Origin: an uncultured Gemmatimonadales bacterium
GTDB lineage: Bacteria; Gemmatimonadota; Gemmatimonadetes; Gemmatimonadales; GWC2-71-9
NCBI GenBank assembly: GCA_963730185.1
Contig: CAVSQW010000012.1
Coordinates: 370,978 to 434,977, forward strand
Direction of reading: 5' to 3'
DNA: 64,000 nucleotides
Positions 50,767 through 62,862 of the stretch are shown here, piece after piece (position 1 is the first letter of the stretch; each line of letters opens with the position of its first letter). A program made the position numbers and the translations under genes. The notes beneath the pieces are model-generated. The model saw only the letters and a program-made list of their open reading frames with translations, had not been told where the DNA came from and did no database searches.

Positions 50767-52062
50767 TTAAAACTGATATCTAATTGTAATTGCGGGAATT
50801 AAAGTACTTGAACTGTATTCTCCCGTAAGGCTTGGATAGTTATTTATGATTTCTTTTTTTACGCCAATGCCATAAGTGATATTTAAATCAGCGGATATGT
50901 CTTCATTTACATAACCAACCCCAAAAGAAAACCAATGCTGATCTACCGTGGGGAAAAGCATATTATAAGTGGAAATAGAATTCGGGCTTGCTGAAAATTT
51001 ATAACCTAGTCTGTATGTAAGCTCTCCGCCTGGAATTATTTCAATGCCCACTCCGGCAGTTAAAGTGTTTTTATAATCAAGATTAAAACTCGCGGCATTA
51101 ATTCCTGAAACAGAATCGATATCTTTTAAGCCGGCTTGCCAAATACTATTACCGAAATTATAATTAATATTTTTTTGAAAGCTTCCCCAAAGGGAATATA
51201 AACCATCAACATTTACTTTTACGTTTTCGTTTAGAGAATAAATTATTCCCAGCCCAAATTCCCAAGGCATTTCAAATTGTGAATTAAGATCAACTTCGGA
51301 AGCGGTAGAATCCAAATCTGCAAACATTAGACTTTTTGCGTTACCGCTAAGGTCAGTTTTAAAGCCGCTTTTTACAGATGCGCCAATCTTCAGACTTGAA
51401 GAGACTTCTCCTATGACTCCAAGATTAAATCCGAAGGACCATCCATCAAGCATATAATTAAATTGATATGCAGCTTCACCGATATTTTGAAACCATTTGT
51501 TATTTGCCTGCGGAAATGCCGTCACTTGCTTAACTTGATAAACACTTCCACTTAAACCGACAGCAATTTTTCCAAACTTAACTGCAACAGCTGGTGAAAA
51601 AGCATTTATATACATGTGATTTGAAAATTCAAAAGCGGTAACTGCGGAAGAAGAATCTTGCTGACGGTACATAACGAAGGGCCATTTAATCAGATAGTCT
51701 AATAATTTATTATAACCTGCCGCAATTGTTATATTTTCGGATATAGACCAAAACGCTCCACCGTTAATATTAATATTATCATCTTTGAAGGAATGAAAAT
51801 CGCTTCGGGGCGGATTATTAAATTGCTGTTCGCCGGAATAGTCAACAATATTTAAATTGATTTCTCTTCCGGATAAAAATCCCAACCCGGCTGGATTGCT
51901 TATAATGTTCGAAACGCCCTCGCTTCCCCCAAAATATAATCCGCCAAGCGAAAGAGTTTTAGCTCCCTGCACATAAGAAAAATTTGAGCCTGCAGCAAGG
52001 CTTATCTGCGGGGAAAAGACTATAAGAAAAATTAATAAAACTGCTGACAGATTTAATTTCAT
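50767..52062 (-). CDS. OmpP1/FadL/TodX family outer membrane protein
   Basis: Signal peptide; GAKTLSLGG, NPAGL; alternating beta strands; C-terminal YQF. Confidence 0.85.
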   Translation of the reverse strand: MKLNLSAVLLIFLIVFSPQISLAAGSNFSYVQGAKTLSLGGLYFGGSEGVSNIISNPAGLGFLSGREINLNIVDYSGEQQFNNPPRSDFHSFKDDNININGGAFWSISENITIAAGYNKLLDYLIKWPFVMYRQQDSSSAVTAFEFSNHMYINAFSPAVAVKFGKIAVGLSGSVYQVKQVTAFPQANNKWFQNIGEAAYQFNYMLDGWSFGFNLGVIGEVSSSLKIGASVKSGFKTDLSGNAKSLMFADLDSTASEVDLNSQFEMPWEFGLGIIYSLNENVKVNVDGLYSLWGSFQKNINYNFGNSIWQAGLKDIDSVSGINAASFNLDYKNTLTAGVGIEIIPGGELTYRLGYKFSASPNSISTYNMLFPTVDQHWFSFGVGYVNEDISADLNITYGIGVKKEIINNYPSLTGEYSSSTLIPAITIRYQF

Positions 52063-52083
52063 TTAAAATCTCCGTGCATTTTT

Positions 52084-53053
52084 TTACCAGGTTTTAAAAG
52101 TTGCATAAGCATAATAATCAGTAAACCTTGCTCTACCTTCGTGGTCCCAATTTTTGTTAGCTATCCAAATTAAATAATCTTGATCCCGCTCTAATCCGCC
52201 TTCGGGGAGAGGCGTAAATACAAATGTACCGGGGATTTCCTGCCCCAGAACTAAAGGCGAACTAATATTATTTACCGTACCGTATTTAATTGTCCCTGCA
52301 CTGTCAACCACAGAATAAACTTCCCACACCTGATTTGTGGGATCGTAAGTTGATCCGGTTGCTAATCCAATTGCCGCAATTAAAGTATCTGTTACCCCCG
52401 CTTGAGTAATTTCCCAAGTAATAGTTGGCTTGTTGCTCATGGTAGGAATTTAATGATATCACTCCCAGCTTTCCAATTGCACGAAACTCTTTAATATTCA
52501 CATAAACATCATTTGCAACATTTAAATCAACATAATCAGCAGTGGATAATTGCACTGAGTCTGCTGTTATATTTAATTGAGTTGATTTCAGGGTGCTGTC
52601 AATAGAGAAGTATTTTCCCTTTTGTGAAGAGAGTTGATTCCAAACTTCTTCTTTTAGAACCCAAAATGTGTAAGTATCGTCTTCATTTAAGCTATCCGCT
52701 TTTGTTCCGCCATATTGCACAGTAATATCTTCAACGCCAGCCGGCAGCTGATTGAAAGTGACAGGGTAGTGAAGATTATTTCCATTAACATGAATGAGCC
52801 AAATTAAGGATGAATCAAGCGCGGCGGAGGATCCGTGATTAACACCCAACACTGAAGCGTATCCGCCTATCCAGGTAATTTTTGGTTTAAAGCTTCCTTT
52901 TTCAAGAGTAATATTTGAAAGATTAGTTTTACTTGTGTAGGGTGCTAGAGTGTTATCATCTTTATTACAGCCAAGAAATGATATTAGAATAATTGCCAAT
53001 AAGTATGAGCTAAGAAAAGAGATATTATTGCTTTTATGTTTGTGCATCTTCAT
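52084..53053 (-). CDS. Hypothetical lipoprotein, frameshift near 52445
   Basis: Lipobox FLGC; ORFs 52304..53053 and 52084..52440 read as one protein (KPKITW / KPTITW repeat). Confidence 0.6.
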
Positions 53054-53124
53054 ATCCTTTGAACAAATATTTGTATCAATATTATCAAGTAAATTTTATT
53101 AAGTGTAACTTTTGTAAATAAATT

Positions 53125-54526
53125 TTAAAATTGTTTAAGATCTTCCTGCCAATTGCTGTTATGCACTTCGCCTTCCATATTTGAATGAACCAAATCAAAT
53201 CTGCCGATCGATCTTAAATCAACAAAAACAAAAACGTAATTTCTACTAGTTTGATATTTCCAAATTTCAAAAGGAAGATTTTGGGGTATAATAATGGCGA
53301 TCAATATCATCGAGGCATGCCGTATTTAATTATTACTCTGCCTCTATCCGTTGACCAGCCTTCAACTCCTGCCGCAGCCGAAATTTTCATTTGCGTAATT
53401 ATATCTTTGCTTAATTTTATTAAGATATTCATTTTCAATTGTGTCTGGAGTAGGGTCTAAGATTTTTCCAAAAGTTGATTAGAAATTGTGCTTTAGCCTT
53501 TGCATTTAATTTTTCAAAAAAATTGATTATTCCGGATCATTTGTAGCACATATTTAATTAATTTTCCTGCCTCACTGAGCCTGCTCTTCGCTTAAATACC
53601 GTTTTTAGAAGCCAAATAATCCATCTGAATAACTTCAAAATTCTTGGCAAAGAAATTTTTTCTCCCCAGAAGTTTCGATTCAATATCGGCATTTAAATTC
53701 GTAAACTGTTCCGTTTTCAATTCTGTGATACATTTAAGCCATGAACAAAGCTGGCAGAACTGGGAATGTTTTTTTAAGAAGTTTCAGGAAAAGATTTTAA
53801 TTATTTTTCCTTCTATGGAACATATTGAATATGTATTTTAAATTCTCACGTGCCTGGAATATTATAAACTTCATAATAGAAATAGAGAATTGGATTTAAG
53901 ACTCCATATCGCCTGGAAGGGTTTGGAATTATAGAGTATTCGCCTTTATTAAATTGTCCTTTTTTATCTTCGGAAATTTGAGACGCTAATTGAAATTGGC
54001 TAGATGAGAAATTATTATTGAAAGAAGGTAATCTGAAGTGAATATTCTACATATGCAACCTTTTTGAACCTTAATGATCAATGATTTCACATAAGACTTT
54101 ATAATCGCCAGGAAATAGCGATTCATTGTACTGATCATAAATAACTAAAGATTTTAAACCGGATAAATCATCATTAATCTATGCATTCAGTTTCCATTTA
54201 GTATCAAAGTCATTTCAGAATTAGTGTTTTTTATTTTTAGATAAAAATTATAGAAGATAACTACTGTCATTTTTTACATCGAGTTTTAATTGATCAGCAT
54301 AAATCATAAAATAAAATTCCACGTTAGAGTAATTATCTTTTCCTGCAAAGCAAGTTTGGTCTACATAAAATTTAATTGATCCACTACTGCCTTTCCGGAA
54401 CATCTGATTGCGCGGTATATTAAGTTGGATAGCAAATAAAGAACTAAAGAAGTATTGAATATTAAAAAAACTATTATTCATTTCCAATAGATCTCCATCT
54501 TCCATCTTAAATTTTCCATCTTCCAT
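53125..54526 (-). CDS. GWxTD domain protein (multiple frameshifts)
   Basis: Manual translation near 53320-53375 gives AGVEGWSTDRGRVIIKYGMP; also FWK.LDPTPDT..NE and FEIWKY...FVFVD...F.LVHS...GE. Confidence 0.85.
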
Positions 54527-54534
54527 CTTCCATC
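54493..54534. repeat. Heptamer tandem repeat (TTCCATC)n, STRR-like
   Basis: ctccatc ttccatc ttaaatt ttccatc ttccatc ttccatc. Confidence 0.85.
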
Positions 54535-54538
54535 TAAC

Positions 54539-55372
54539 TTACTCTTTCAATCCACTTAAAGTTATACCTTTTATAAAGTATTTTTGTGCGAAGAAGAAAA
54601 CAACCAGTATTGGCAGAACAGCCGTTACAGAACCAGCCATCAGCAGATCCCACTGTGTTAAATATCTATCGCGGAAAATTGCCAGTCCAAGCTGAACGGT
54701 GCGCATATCTTCCGAGTTAAGTACAATCAACGCCCAGATGAAATCATTGAAAACGCCCATAAAAGTGAAGATTGCCAGAGTTGCCAATGCCGGTTTTGCA
54801 AGCGGAACGATAATTTTCCATAAAACCTGCATACTTACCGGCGCCGTCGATGTATGCAGCTTCTTCAAGTTCTTTGGGAATTGTCATAAAAAATTGGCGT
54901 AGTAAAAAGGTACCAAATGCTGATGCGAGACCGGGAACAATAATGCTTAATAAGTATCTACCCATCCTAGCCAATAAAAACCAGAAAACTCGGGATCATC
55001 GTAACATTATATGGAATCATCATTGTAGCAAGAAAAATGAAAAACAAAACATTTCTTCCCCGGAATTTAATCGGGCAAAAGCAAAAGCAGCCATAGAACA
55101 AGTAACAATTGCCCGAGAGTTACTGCTGCGGCAACAAAAATTGAATTAAAATAATATCTTCCAAAAGGCGCCGCTTCAAATGCTTTAACATAATTTTCGA
55201 AATGAAATTCGGAAGGAAGCAATTTGGGAGGATAAATAAAAATATCACCCAAATCTTTAACTGAAGTAAGCATCATCCAGATAAAAGGGATAGAGTAATA
55301 AAAGCTAATACATAAATTACAACATGCGTAAAGTCGATTTGAAATATTTTTAAGAGCTTTTCTTTTTTTCAT
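54539..55372 (-). CDS. Carbohydrate ABC transporter permease (MalG-type), frameshifted
   Basis: [34 protein letters not shown] (EAA motif), [16 protein letters not shown]. Confidence 0.9.
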
Positions 55373-56278
55373 CAGCGACCGTAAACTTTTGATTTCATAT
55401 ATTTTATTTGAATCATAGTTAAAACGAAGAGAATAAAAAAGAGAATATATGAAGCTGCCGATGCATATCCCATTTCAAAGAATTTAAATGCGTATTCATA
55501 AACATAAAATACGATAACTTTCGTCTGACCCAAGCGGACCGCCGGAAGTTAAAACGTAAACTAAGTCGAAAACTTGAAAAGAACTGATCATCGACATAAC
55601 AAGAATGAAAAAAGTGGTCGGACGCTAACATCGGAAGGGTAATACTCCAAAACTTTGCCCATCTTCCCGCGCCGTCAATTTCTGCAGCTTCGTAATAATT
55701 GTCCGGTATTCCCTGCAGCCCTGCAGAAAATAAAACCATATTTATTCCGAAAGTTTTCCAAACTCCCATAATTATTAAAGCAAACATTGCGGCAGTTGGG
55801 TCATTCAGCCAATTGATGGCGTTAATTCCAAAAAAACCAAGTGAATAATTTAATAGTCCAAAATTAGGATCGTAAATCCATCGCCAAATAACAGCTGCTG
55901 CAACTGGGGAAATAATTACCGGTGCAAAAAAAGCAGTCCTTAAAAATTTTTTCCCTTAATTTTTTTATGAAGAACATAAGCAATCAGAAGCGAAAGTCTC
56001 ATATTTAATGGAACTGTTCCCAAAGTAAAGATCGCAGTATTTTTTAGAACCTGCCAGAACTCTTCGCTTTTAACAGCCTTGAATAATTTTCCAAACCAAT
56101 ATAAGTAGTGTTCCCGCTGAACATATTCCATTGATGAAAACTTAAATAAAACGAGAAGATAACCGGGAAAAAAATAAAAGCCGAGAAAATAACTAACGTG
56201 GGAGAAAAGAAAAACAGAGCAATCCAATTGTCTTTATTCTTGCCAGCCTTAAATAGATTTTGTTTGGTCTTTTTTCAA
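55372..56278 (-). CDS. Carbohydrate ABC transporter permease (MalF/UgpA-type), frameshifted
   Basis: [39 protein letters not shown]. Confidence 0.88.
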
Positions 56279-56307
56279 AATGACTTTTTTGAACTTTTGA
56301 AATGAAA

Positions 56308-57648
56308 TTATTTTTTAGCAGATGTCAATACTTTATTTGATTTTTTTGCCGATTCATTTAATGCCTGCTCAACATCCAACGTTACCAATGCAAGCCTTTT
56401 CAATTGCTTCAGCAATGTGACGAGTAATTTCAAGTCCCCCGTAATCTATTTGTCTTTGCGCCTGTGCAAATTCCATTTGATCTACAAATGCTTTAAAGTT
56501 AGGATTTTCATCTAAGATAATCTTGAAACTCTTTAACATTATTTGCTGCATGCCTAATTGGTAAGTAGCCGGATTTCATCGCCCAGAAAGCTTGCACTTC
56601 GGGCTTATCATCCATTTGATAAATTCCCATGCTTCATCGGGATGTTTTCATTGTTTAAATATAGCAAGATATTCTCCGCCGACAATCGTTGCTCTCTTTT
56701 CAGGTCCAGCCGGCAGAGGCGCGTAAATCCCCAATCAAGATTTTTGAGAAGATCTTTATATCGGGTAAGATTCCATGGTCCATCCATAGCCATTGCCAAT
56801 CTTTTTGAAGCAAACGCAACATCATAATCAGTGGTGAATGCATTTAAGCTTTAATTCGTGTATAAATATCTTTCCAAAAAGTAATGCGCTTGAACTACCG
56901 GTTTGGTTATTATACAAAACTTCTTGTTTGTTCTTCAGTAATTAAGTAACCGCCGGCTTGCCATAAGATAAGGCATCCATTGCCAAACCATCCATGCGCC
57001 GAAAGGGCCCGCAGCCGGATAAATAGGAAGAAACAATCCAACCTGTTCAAAATTTCCGTCTTTGTCTTTATCAAAGGTAAGTTTTTTTGCATAATCATGA
57101 AACTCATCCCAATTCGTTGGAGGCTTTTCAGGATCCAAACCCGCTTTGCGAAACATATCTTTATTATAAAGTAGAGCAAGATTTGTAGCTTCCATCGGCA
57201 AGCTGTATAGCGTACCTTTCCAAGAAGCATATTGAATTAAAGGAGGATAAATATCATTTATATCTTCTTGTGAAATTCCGTCTTCGCCATTTATAAAATC
57301 TTCCATTTTATAGATTGCATCCGCGCCAACTAAGTCTTCCATAAAATCAGAATGCAGCCAAGAAATATCAGGCGCAGTTTCGCTCTGCACAGCAGTGATC
57401 AGCTTTTGTATTAAGGCGTCACCTGTAGGAATATATTGAGCTTCTATTTCAATGCCGGGATTTTCTTTTTCAAATTTGGCTAATAATTCTTTAAGCGATG
57501 GAATAGTTGATGAGACGAAGCTATGCCAAAATGTAATTACAACTTTTGAACTGCTTTCCTTTTTCTTTTCGCCGCAGCTTAGATTTAGCATCAACGAAAT
57601 TAATACTACCAAAAGAATATATAAGAATGTAAAAAATTTATGTTTCAA
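56308..57648 (-). CDS. Sugar ABC transporter substrate-binding lipoprotein, frameshifted
   Basis: Lipobox NLSC; ITFWHS, FEKENPGI, APDI, LLYNKDMFRKAGLDP..PPTNWDE, AMAMDGPW. Confidence 0.9.
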
Positions 57649-57739
57649 TTCTAATTCCTTTTATTTTTTAGATGATGGAAGGGCGCAGTTCCTGTTGGTC
57701 ACTCCCATTTTATAAGTTTATCCAACTAAAATAGAAGTT

Positions 57740-57757
57740 AATGCAATCGATTGTGCA
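57740..57757. promoter_or_regulatory. Putative LacI-family operator upstream of ABC operon
   Basis: Reverse complement TGCACAATCGATTGCATT; CG-centred palindrome. Confidence 0.7.
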
Positions 57758-57790
57758 AAAATTTTAGAAAATTCTATCAAACATTACTAA

Positions 57791-58840
57791 TTATACGATA
57801 GCTTTTACGTCTAAGTTATATCTCTTACTTACAGAATCGCGCATGATAATACGCGTAGGCAAAAAGATGCCCTTAGGTTCGATAGAGTTTTTATTTTCAA
57901 TTTGATCAATTAAAATTTTTGTCGCGAACTGTCCTATTTGCATACTTTGCTGTGCAACCGTTGTCATTGGCGTAGATAAAAATCTGGAATAAGGCTGCTC
58001 GTCAAATGAAATCATAGAAACATCTTCAGGTATTTTTAGACCTTCTTCAATAATTGCTCTAATAGCTCCTAATGAAATTAAATTGCTTACCGCAAAAATT
58101 GCCGTTGGAATATCTCTTTTTTTAAGAAGCAGCTTTGTTTCAAGGTATCCATTTTCTTCACCGAAGCTGTCTCCTACAATTAGCGATTCATCAATAGGCA
58201 AATCATTTTTTTTATGAGCATCAATATATCCTCGCAATCTATCATTGTTAGGTGAAGTTTTCCTTAAACCTTGAATACACGCAATTCGCCTATGACCATA
58301 TTCTATAAGCATATTAACCGCTTCAAAGGCGCCTTGATAGTTGTCAGAAGTTACAAATGGGAGATCAAGATTGGGGAAATATCTATCCAACAAAACTATC
58401 GGCATTTTTTTTACGGATAGATTTACCAAATGCGAAACTTCAATACCAACAGGAGAAATTATTAAACCATCAACTTTTCTATTTAACATTAATTGAATTA
58501 AAGAAATTTCTAATTCAGTATTTTCTTCGCTATCGCATAGCAAAATTGAATAACCAAATTTTCGTGCAGACTTTTCTACACTTTTTGCTATGCTGGAAAA
58601 AAAGGGATTTGAAGATATCTGGAATGATGTAACCAATCGTGTGAGATTTTTGTAGTCTTAAACCTCGCGCTAATTGATTTGGTGTGTAATTAAGTTCGGA
58701 AGCAGCGCTAAGGATTTTTTGCTGGGTGTCTTTGCTTATTCTATATGTTTCCGTTTTACCATTTAGTACACGCGAGACTGTCGTTACAGAAACATTAAGA
58801 TGGTCGGCAATATTTTTAAAGTAACATTCACATTTTTCAT
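57791..58840 (-). CDS. LacI family transcriptional regulator, frameshifted N-terminus
   Basis: VTLK.IADHLNVSVTTVSRVLN...LNYTPNQLARGL; VDGLII, DNYQGA, GHRRIA, IPEDVS.ISFD. Confidence 0.92.
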
Positions 58841-58861
58841 AATTACAAATTTACCTTAAAC

Positions 58862-58879
58862 TGCACAAACGTTTGTTCA
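58862..58879. promoter_or_regulatory. Putative LacI autoregulatory operator
   Basis: TGCACAAAC|GTTTGTTCA, 8/9 symmetric. Confidence 0.7.
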
Positions 58880-58967
58880 AAACATAGAAAAATTTTAGTG
58901 TTTTGTCAAATTATTTTTTTATTTATCGAATTTATGGTAAAAAAACCAATATTTACGAATATGAATT

Positions 58968-58985
58968 TGCACTAACGATTGTGTT
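58968..58985. promoter_or_regulatory. Putative auxiliary LacI operator
   Basis: TGCACTAACGATTGTGTT, same consensus. Confidence 0.55.
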
Positions 58986-59089
58986 AATTATGATAGATTA
59001 GCACCCTGATCTTATAAAACCCCAAAATATTAATTTGGACTTAAAGAAATAAATTGGTGTGCGCTCCTCCTTTTACTAATGCGCTATGC

Positions 59090-59350
59090 TTAATTTGGTA
59101 ATCGGTTACTTTTTTTATTAAGACAAGTTTTGTGTTTATCTGAAAAGTTTTTCTCAATAACTATCTCATCAACCAAACAATAATTTTTATTTAGTTGAAT
59201 TAATATTTTATTAAATGCTGGGGAACCTAATCTGTAGCTGTCTTCTGCGGGTGAAGCGGGATAAAAACCTAGCGCAAAAATAACACCATGCTGAAATAAT
59301 TCCGCCGTCATCATTTACCGGCAAGCAGTCAGCAGTCATTCCAAAATTGG
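59090..59350 (-). pseudogene. GH92 alpha-mannosidase C-terminal remnant
   Basis: ADCLPVNDDGGIISAW then, in a shifted frame, FALGFYPASP....Y.LGSPAF.KI.IQL; resembles GH92 DGLPGNDDxGxMSAW...ALGFYP...Y.IGSP.F. Confidence 0.7.
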
Positions 59351-59478
59351 ATGAACGAGTTTTGCAGTTGTATAGAGAGGAGAAAAGTACCTACTTTAAA
59401 TTCACTATAATCAGCGGGATTCTCAAAAAATCATTAAAGTATAAAGTGCCAATAATACCACTATTCTTATTATCTGAG

Positions 59479-59551
59479 TGCACCCAGCCGGGCTCGAACC
59501 GGCGACCTGCTGATTAAGAGTCAGATGCTCTACCAACTGAGCTATGGGTGC
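59479..59551 (-). tRNA. tRNA-Lys(CTT)
   Basis: GCACCCA/TGGGTGC acceptor stem, TAGCTCAGTTGGTAGAGC D arm, loop CTCTTAA, GGTTCGAGCC T arm; CCA not encoded. Confidence 0.95.
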
Positions 59552-59836
59552 GTTGCAAAATTAAAAATTTTACACGCTCTTTCAAAACTGATTTGATTAG
59601 ATTTTATTATTGCAAAAAAAATACTTCCCTTTACCAACAATTTTTACGTTAATAGAAAGGGATATGTAATTATCTGTTTGATAAAGTATAAATAATTTGG
59701 ATTAAAGCCTGGTGAAATGAAAATATAATTAACGCATATTATTAATTCTAATTTCTTGAATTTGGCTAGAAATATTAAATTTTAATTTTAAGAATAGTCG
59801 GTAGTATATTTTTTGTTTGATTAAGTTCGGGGTAAT

Positions 59837-59870
59837 AAAAAAAGCCGAAAAAATTAATTCTTCGGCTTTA
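59837..59870 (-). terminator. Intrinsic terminator after tRNA-fMet
   Basis: aaagccgaa...ttcggcttt stem followed by a T run on the minus strand. Confidence 0.8.
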
Positions 59871-59880
59871 TTTGAACTTG

Positions 59881-59953
<73 letters not shown>

Positions 59954-60049
59954 ATATTTGGACTCCAAATATAGTCAAATGATCCGGCTGATGTCAAACA
60001 ATTTAACTCTACATATATTTGAAAATATTCAATTAAACTTGTTCCGGTT

Positions 60050-60310
60050 TCAAAGCTTGAAATAATTCCATCTAATGACTTGTGAATGCGCATGAATTTC
60101 ATTCAGCTTTTGAATAATACGAAGAATAGCCTTTCGTTTTTCTTCAATCATTTCGTATAGAAAGACTGCTACTTCAGGAAAATTGCATTCCGCATAAACG
60201 CCTTCATAAAATCTCACAATTGCTGCTTCTTTTCTTAAAGCTTCGTTAAGCATTGCGCATGTATTTTTACATGCATGCATGACATTTATCATTTCTGTTT
60301 TCATATTCAC
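60050..60310 (-). CDS. Small ferritin-like hypothetical protein
   Basis: LNEALRKE....RFYE......C..PEV..FL.EMIEE helical pattern; 3' end uncertain. Confidence 0.5.
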   Translation of the reverse strand: MNMKTEMINVMHACKNTCAMLNEALRKEAAIVRFYEGVYAECNFPEVAVFLYEMIEEKRKAILRIIQKLNEIHAHSQVIRWNYFKL

Positions 60311-60348
60311 CTCAATCCTGCTGGTAGTTAATTAAATTTATCTCAAAT

Positions 60349-60893
60349 TCATTTTGCTAATTCCTTGCCTATTTCTAATGCTTGTTCATTCAACGGAATT
60401 AAATGATGATGTCTTTCAGGCAATACTTTCTTTAAAGCTTGAATAATATTTTCAATTTTTACAATGGGTCTTTTTTCTAAAAATGCTCCCACCAAAATCA
60501 TATTTGCAACTTGTTTTTTCTGTAGTTTTTGTGCTTCCTCATTAGCAGGAATACCTATTATTTCAATATCAGTCACGTGTCAGGCGGATTTATAATTGTT
60601 GATTCTTCATACATTAAAATCCGCCTGGCTTTATACACTGTTTTCAAATTTATCAAGTGAAGGCTGATTAAGAACTATAGCTGAATCAAATTTTGAAATT
60701 ATCGGAGAACTTATTCTATCTGGAGAAACAATGACAATACAGTTTGCAGTTCCGCCTCTCATTTCAGGTCCGTATGAAGGCATCCAGCTAACTTCTTTAT
60801 TTTCAATCATTGCAGCATAAGCAATAATTTGTCCCATTGAAAAAATGCCTTGTCCGCCAAATCCTGCAAAAATTATTTCATGTGTTTTTCCAT
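60349..60893 (-). CDS. 2-oxoacid:ferredoxin oxidoreductase gamma subunit, frameshifted
   Basis: IIFAGFGGQG, SWMPSYGPEMRGGTANC, NQPSLDKF, ANMILVGA, LNEQAL..G. Confidence 0.92.
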
Positions 60894-60928
60894 TTTAATT
60901 CCTTTTTATAATAATCTTTTCTATTTAT

Positions 60929-61683
60929 TCAATTAACTGTTATTACCGGGACTTTTAAATCACCAAGCGGATATAGAGGAAACATATTTTCTTCGAGCCA
61001 TTTATTAGTTTCACGGAGTCATTTTCCATCCCGAAGGACAATTGGAAACAACTTCAATAAATGATGTCCCTTTATTTAATTTTTGATATTCAAAAGATTT
61101 TTTAATTGCTTTTTTTAATTTTCTAACGGCATTAGCATGTATGAACTGCCTGACGTGTAACATAATAAGCTCCCGGTAAATTGAGAAATCAAATCGGTTA
61201 TTTTTAACGGATATCCGATTGCTTGATGATTCTCTTCCGTAAGGAGAAGTTGAAGTTACCTGCCCAATAAAGTAGTAGGAGCCATTTGCCCGCCGGTCAT
61301 TCCGTAAATAGCATTATTAATAAAAATCATTAAAATATTTTCGCCGCGATTAACAGTATGAATTGTTTCCGCAGTTCCAATAGCTGCAAGATCTCCGTCG
61401 CCTTGATAAGAGAAAACATATTTATCGGGCAAAACTCTTTTAATACCTGTAGCAACCGCACTTGCTCTTCCGTGAGCAGCTTCCTGCATATCAACATCCA
61501 TATAATGATAAGCAAATACCGAACAGCCACCGGGGCAACACCAATTGTTTTATCCTGAATTCCCATTTCTTCAACAACTTCCATTAGAACGCTGTGCACA
61601 ACACTGTGTCCGCAGCCGGGACAATAATGAAAAGGTGTATCAGTTAAAGTTGCAGGTTTTTTATAAACTAGCTTCAAATCCAT
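60929..61683 (-). CDS. 2-oxoacid:ferredoxin oxidoreductase beta (TPP-binding) subunit, frameshifted
   Basis: [40 protein letters not shown]. Confidence 0.93.
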
Positions 61684-61689
61684 TTGTTG

Positions 61690-62805
61690 TTAATTCACTT
61701 TCCATTCATTCACCTCTAAACTTCGCTTAATACTTTGTTTTTCGATTATTGTTTCAATCTCTTCAACTACTTCTTCAGGAGAAGGAATCATTCCGCCCAT
61801 TCTTCCTTTAAAATGAACCGGGCATTTCCCGTTAACCGCTAAGCGCTAACATCCTCAACCATCTGTCCGGCATTCATTTCTACAACAAGCATAAATTAAC
61901 TTTATCCGCTAAATCGAAATTATTTTTTTAGGAAAAGGATAGAAAGTGATTGGTCTTATTAATCCGACCTTAATACCTTTTTCCCTGGCAAGGTCAACAG
62001 CTTTCTGGCAGACTCTTGCAGAAAGTCCAAAAGCACTAAAACTATTTCGGCATCTTCTGTATTGAATTCTTCAAACCTAACTTCGTCTTGCATTCTTCTA
62101 TATTTTTCCTGAAGCTCAAAATTAATTTCTTCCATTTTTTCAGGTTCAATAAAAAGAGAAGTAATAATATTTCTTTCCCTGGATTTGGTTTGCCTACGGT
62201 TGCCCATGGTTTTTCGATTTAGGAAGAGACCTTCTTCAGGCAGAACAACTTTTTCCATCATTTGTCCGAAAGCACCGTCAGCTAAAATCATAGCCGGATT
62301 TCTATATTTTTCTGCAAGCCTGAAAGCATCAAAAACAAAATCGGCCATTTCCTGAACTGAAGCCGGAGCTAAAACAATTAAATGATAATCTCCATGTCCG
62401 CCTCCTTTAATTGCTTGAAAATAATCTCCTTGCGAAGGCTGAATTGTTCCCAACCCGGGACCTCCCCTGATTTACATTTACAATTAAGCATGGAACTGTG
62501 CGGATGCAATATAAGAAATTCCTTCCTGCATTAAACTGATACCCGGGCTTGAAGAAGAAGTCATTACTCTTCCTCCGGCACCGGCAGCGCCGTAGATCAT
62601 ATTTATCGCTGCCAACTTCGCTTTCGGCTTGTAAAACAATCACCGTGGCGTTTTGGCATTTCCTGTGTGAAATATTCAAGTATTTCTGACTGAGGAGTAA
62701 TCGGATAACCGAAGTATGCATCAATGTCTGCTCTAATTGCTGCTTCGGCAAGGCTTCGTTGCCTTTCATTAAACGGACATCATCTTTTTTGATTAAATTT
62801 TCCAT
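61690..62805 (-). CDS. vorB: 2-oxoacid:ferredoxin oxidoreductase alpha subunit (VorB-like), frameshifted
   Basis: [22 protein letters not shown]...[24 protein letters not shown]. Confidence 0.85.
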
Positions 62806-62862
62806 TTAAAATCTTTTTATTTAATTTTTTACAAAGAGCTTAGAGTATTATACTGCTCTTTT

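Noticed and set aside
57660..57712. GC-richer patch in the leader of the binding-protein gene, possible riboswitch
   Set aside because: I could not match it to a known aptamer or a convincing fold; an Rfam search would be needed.
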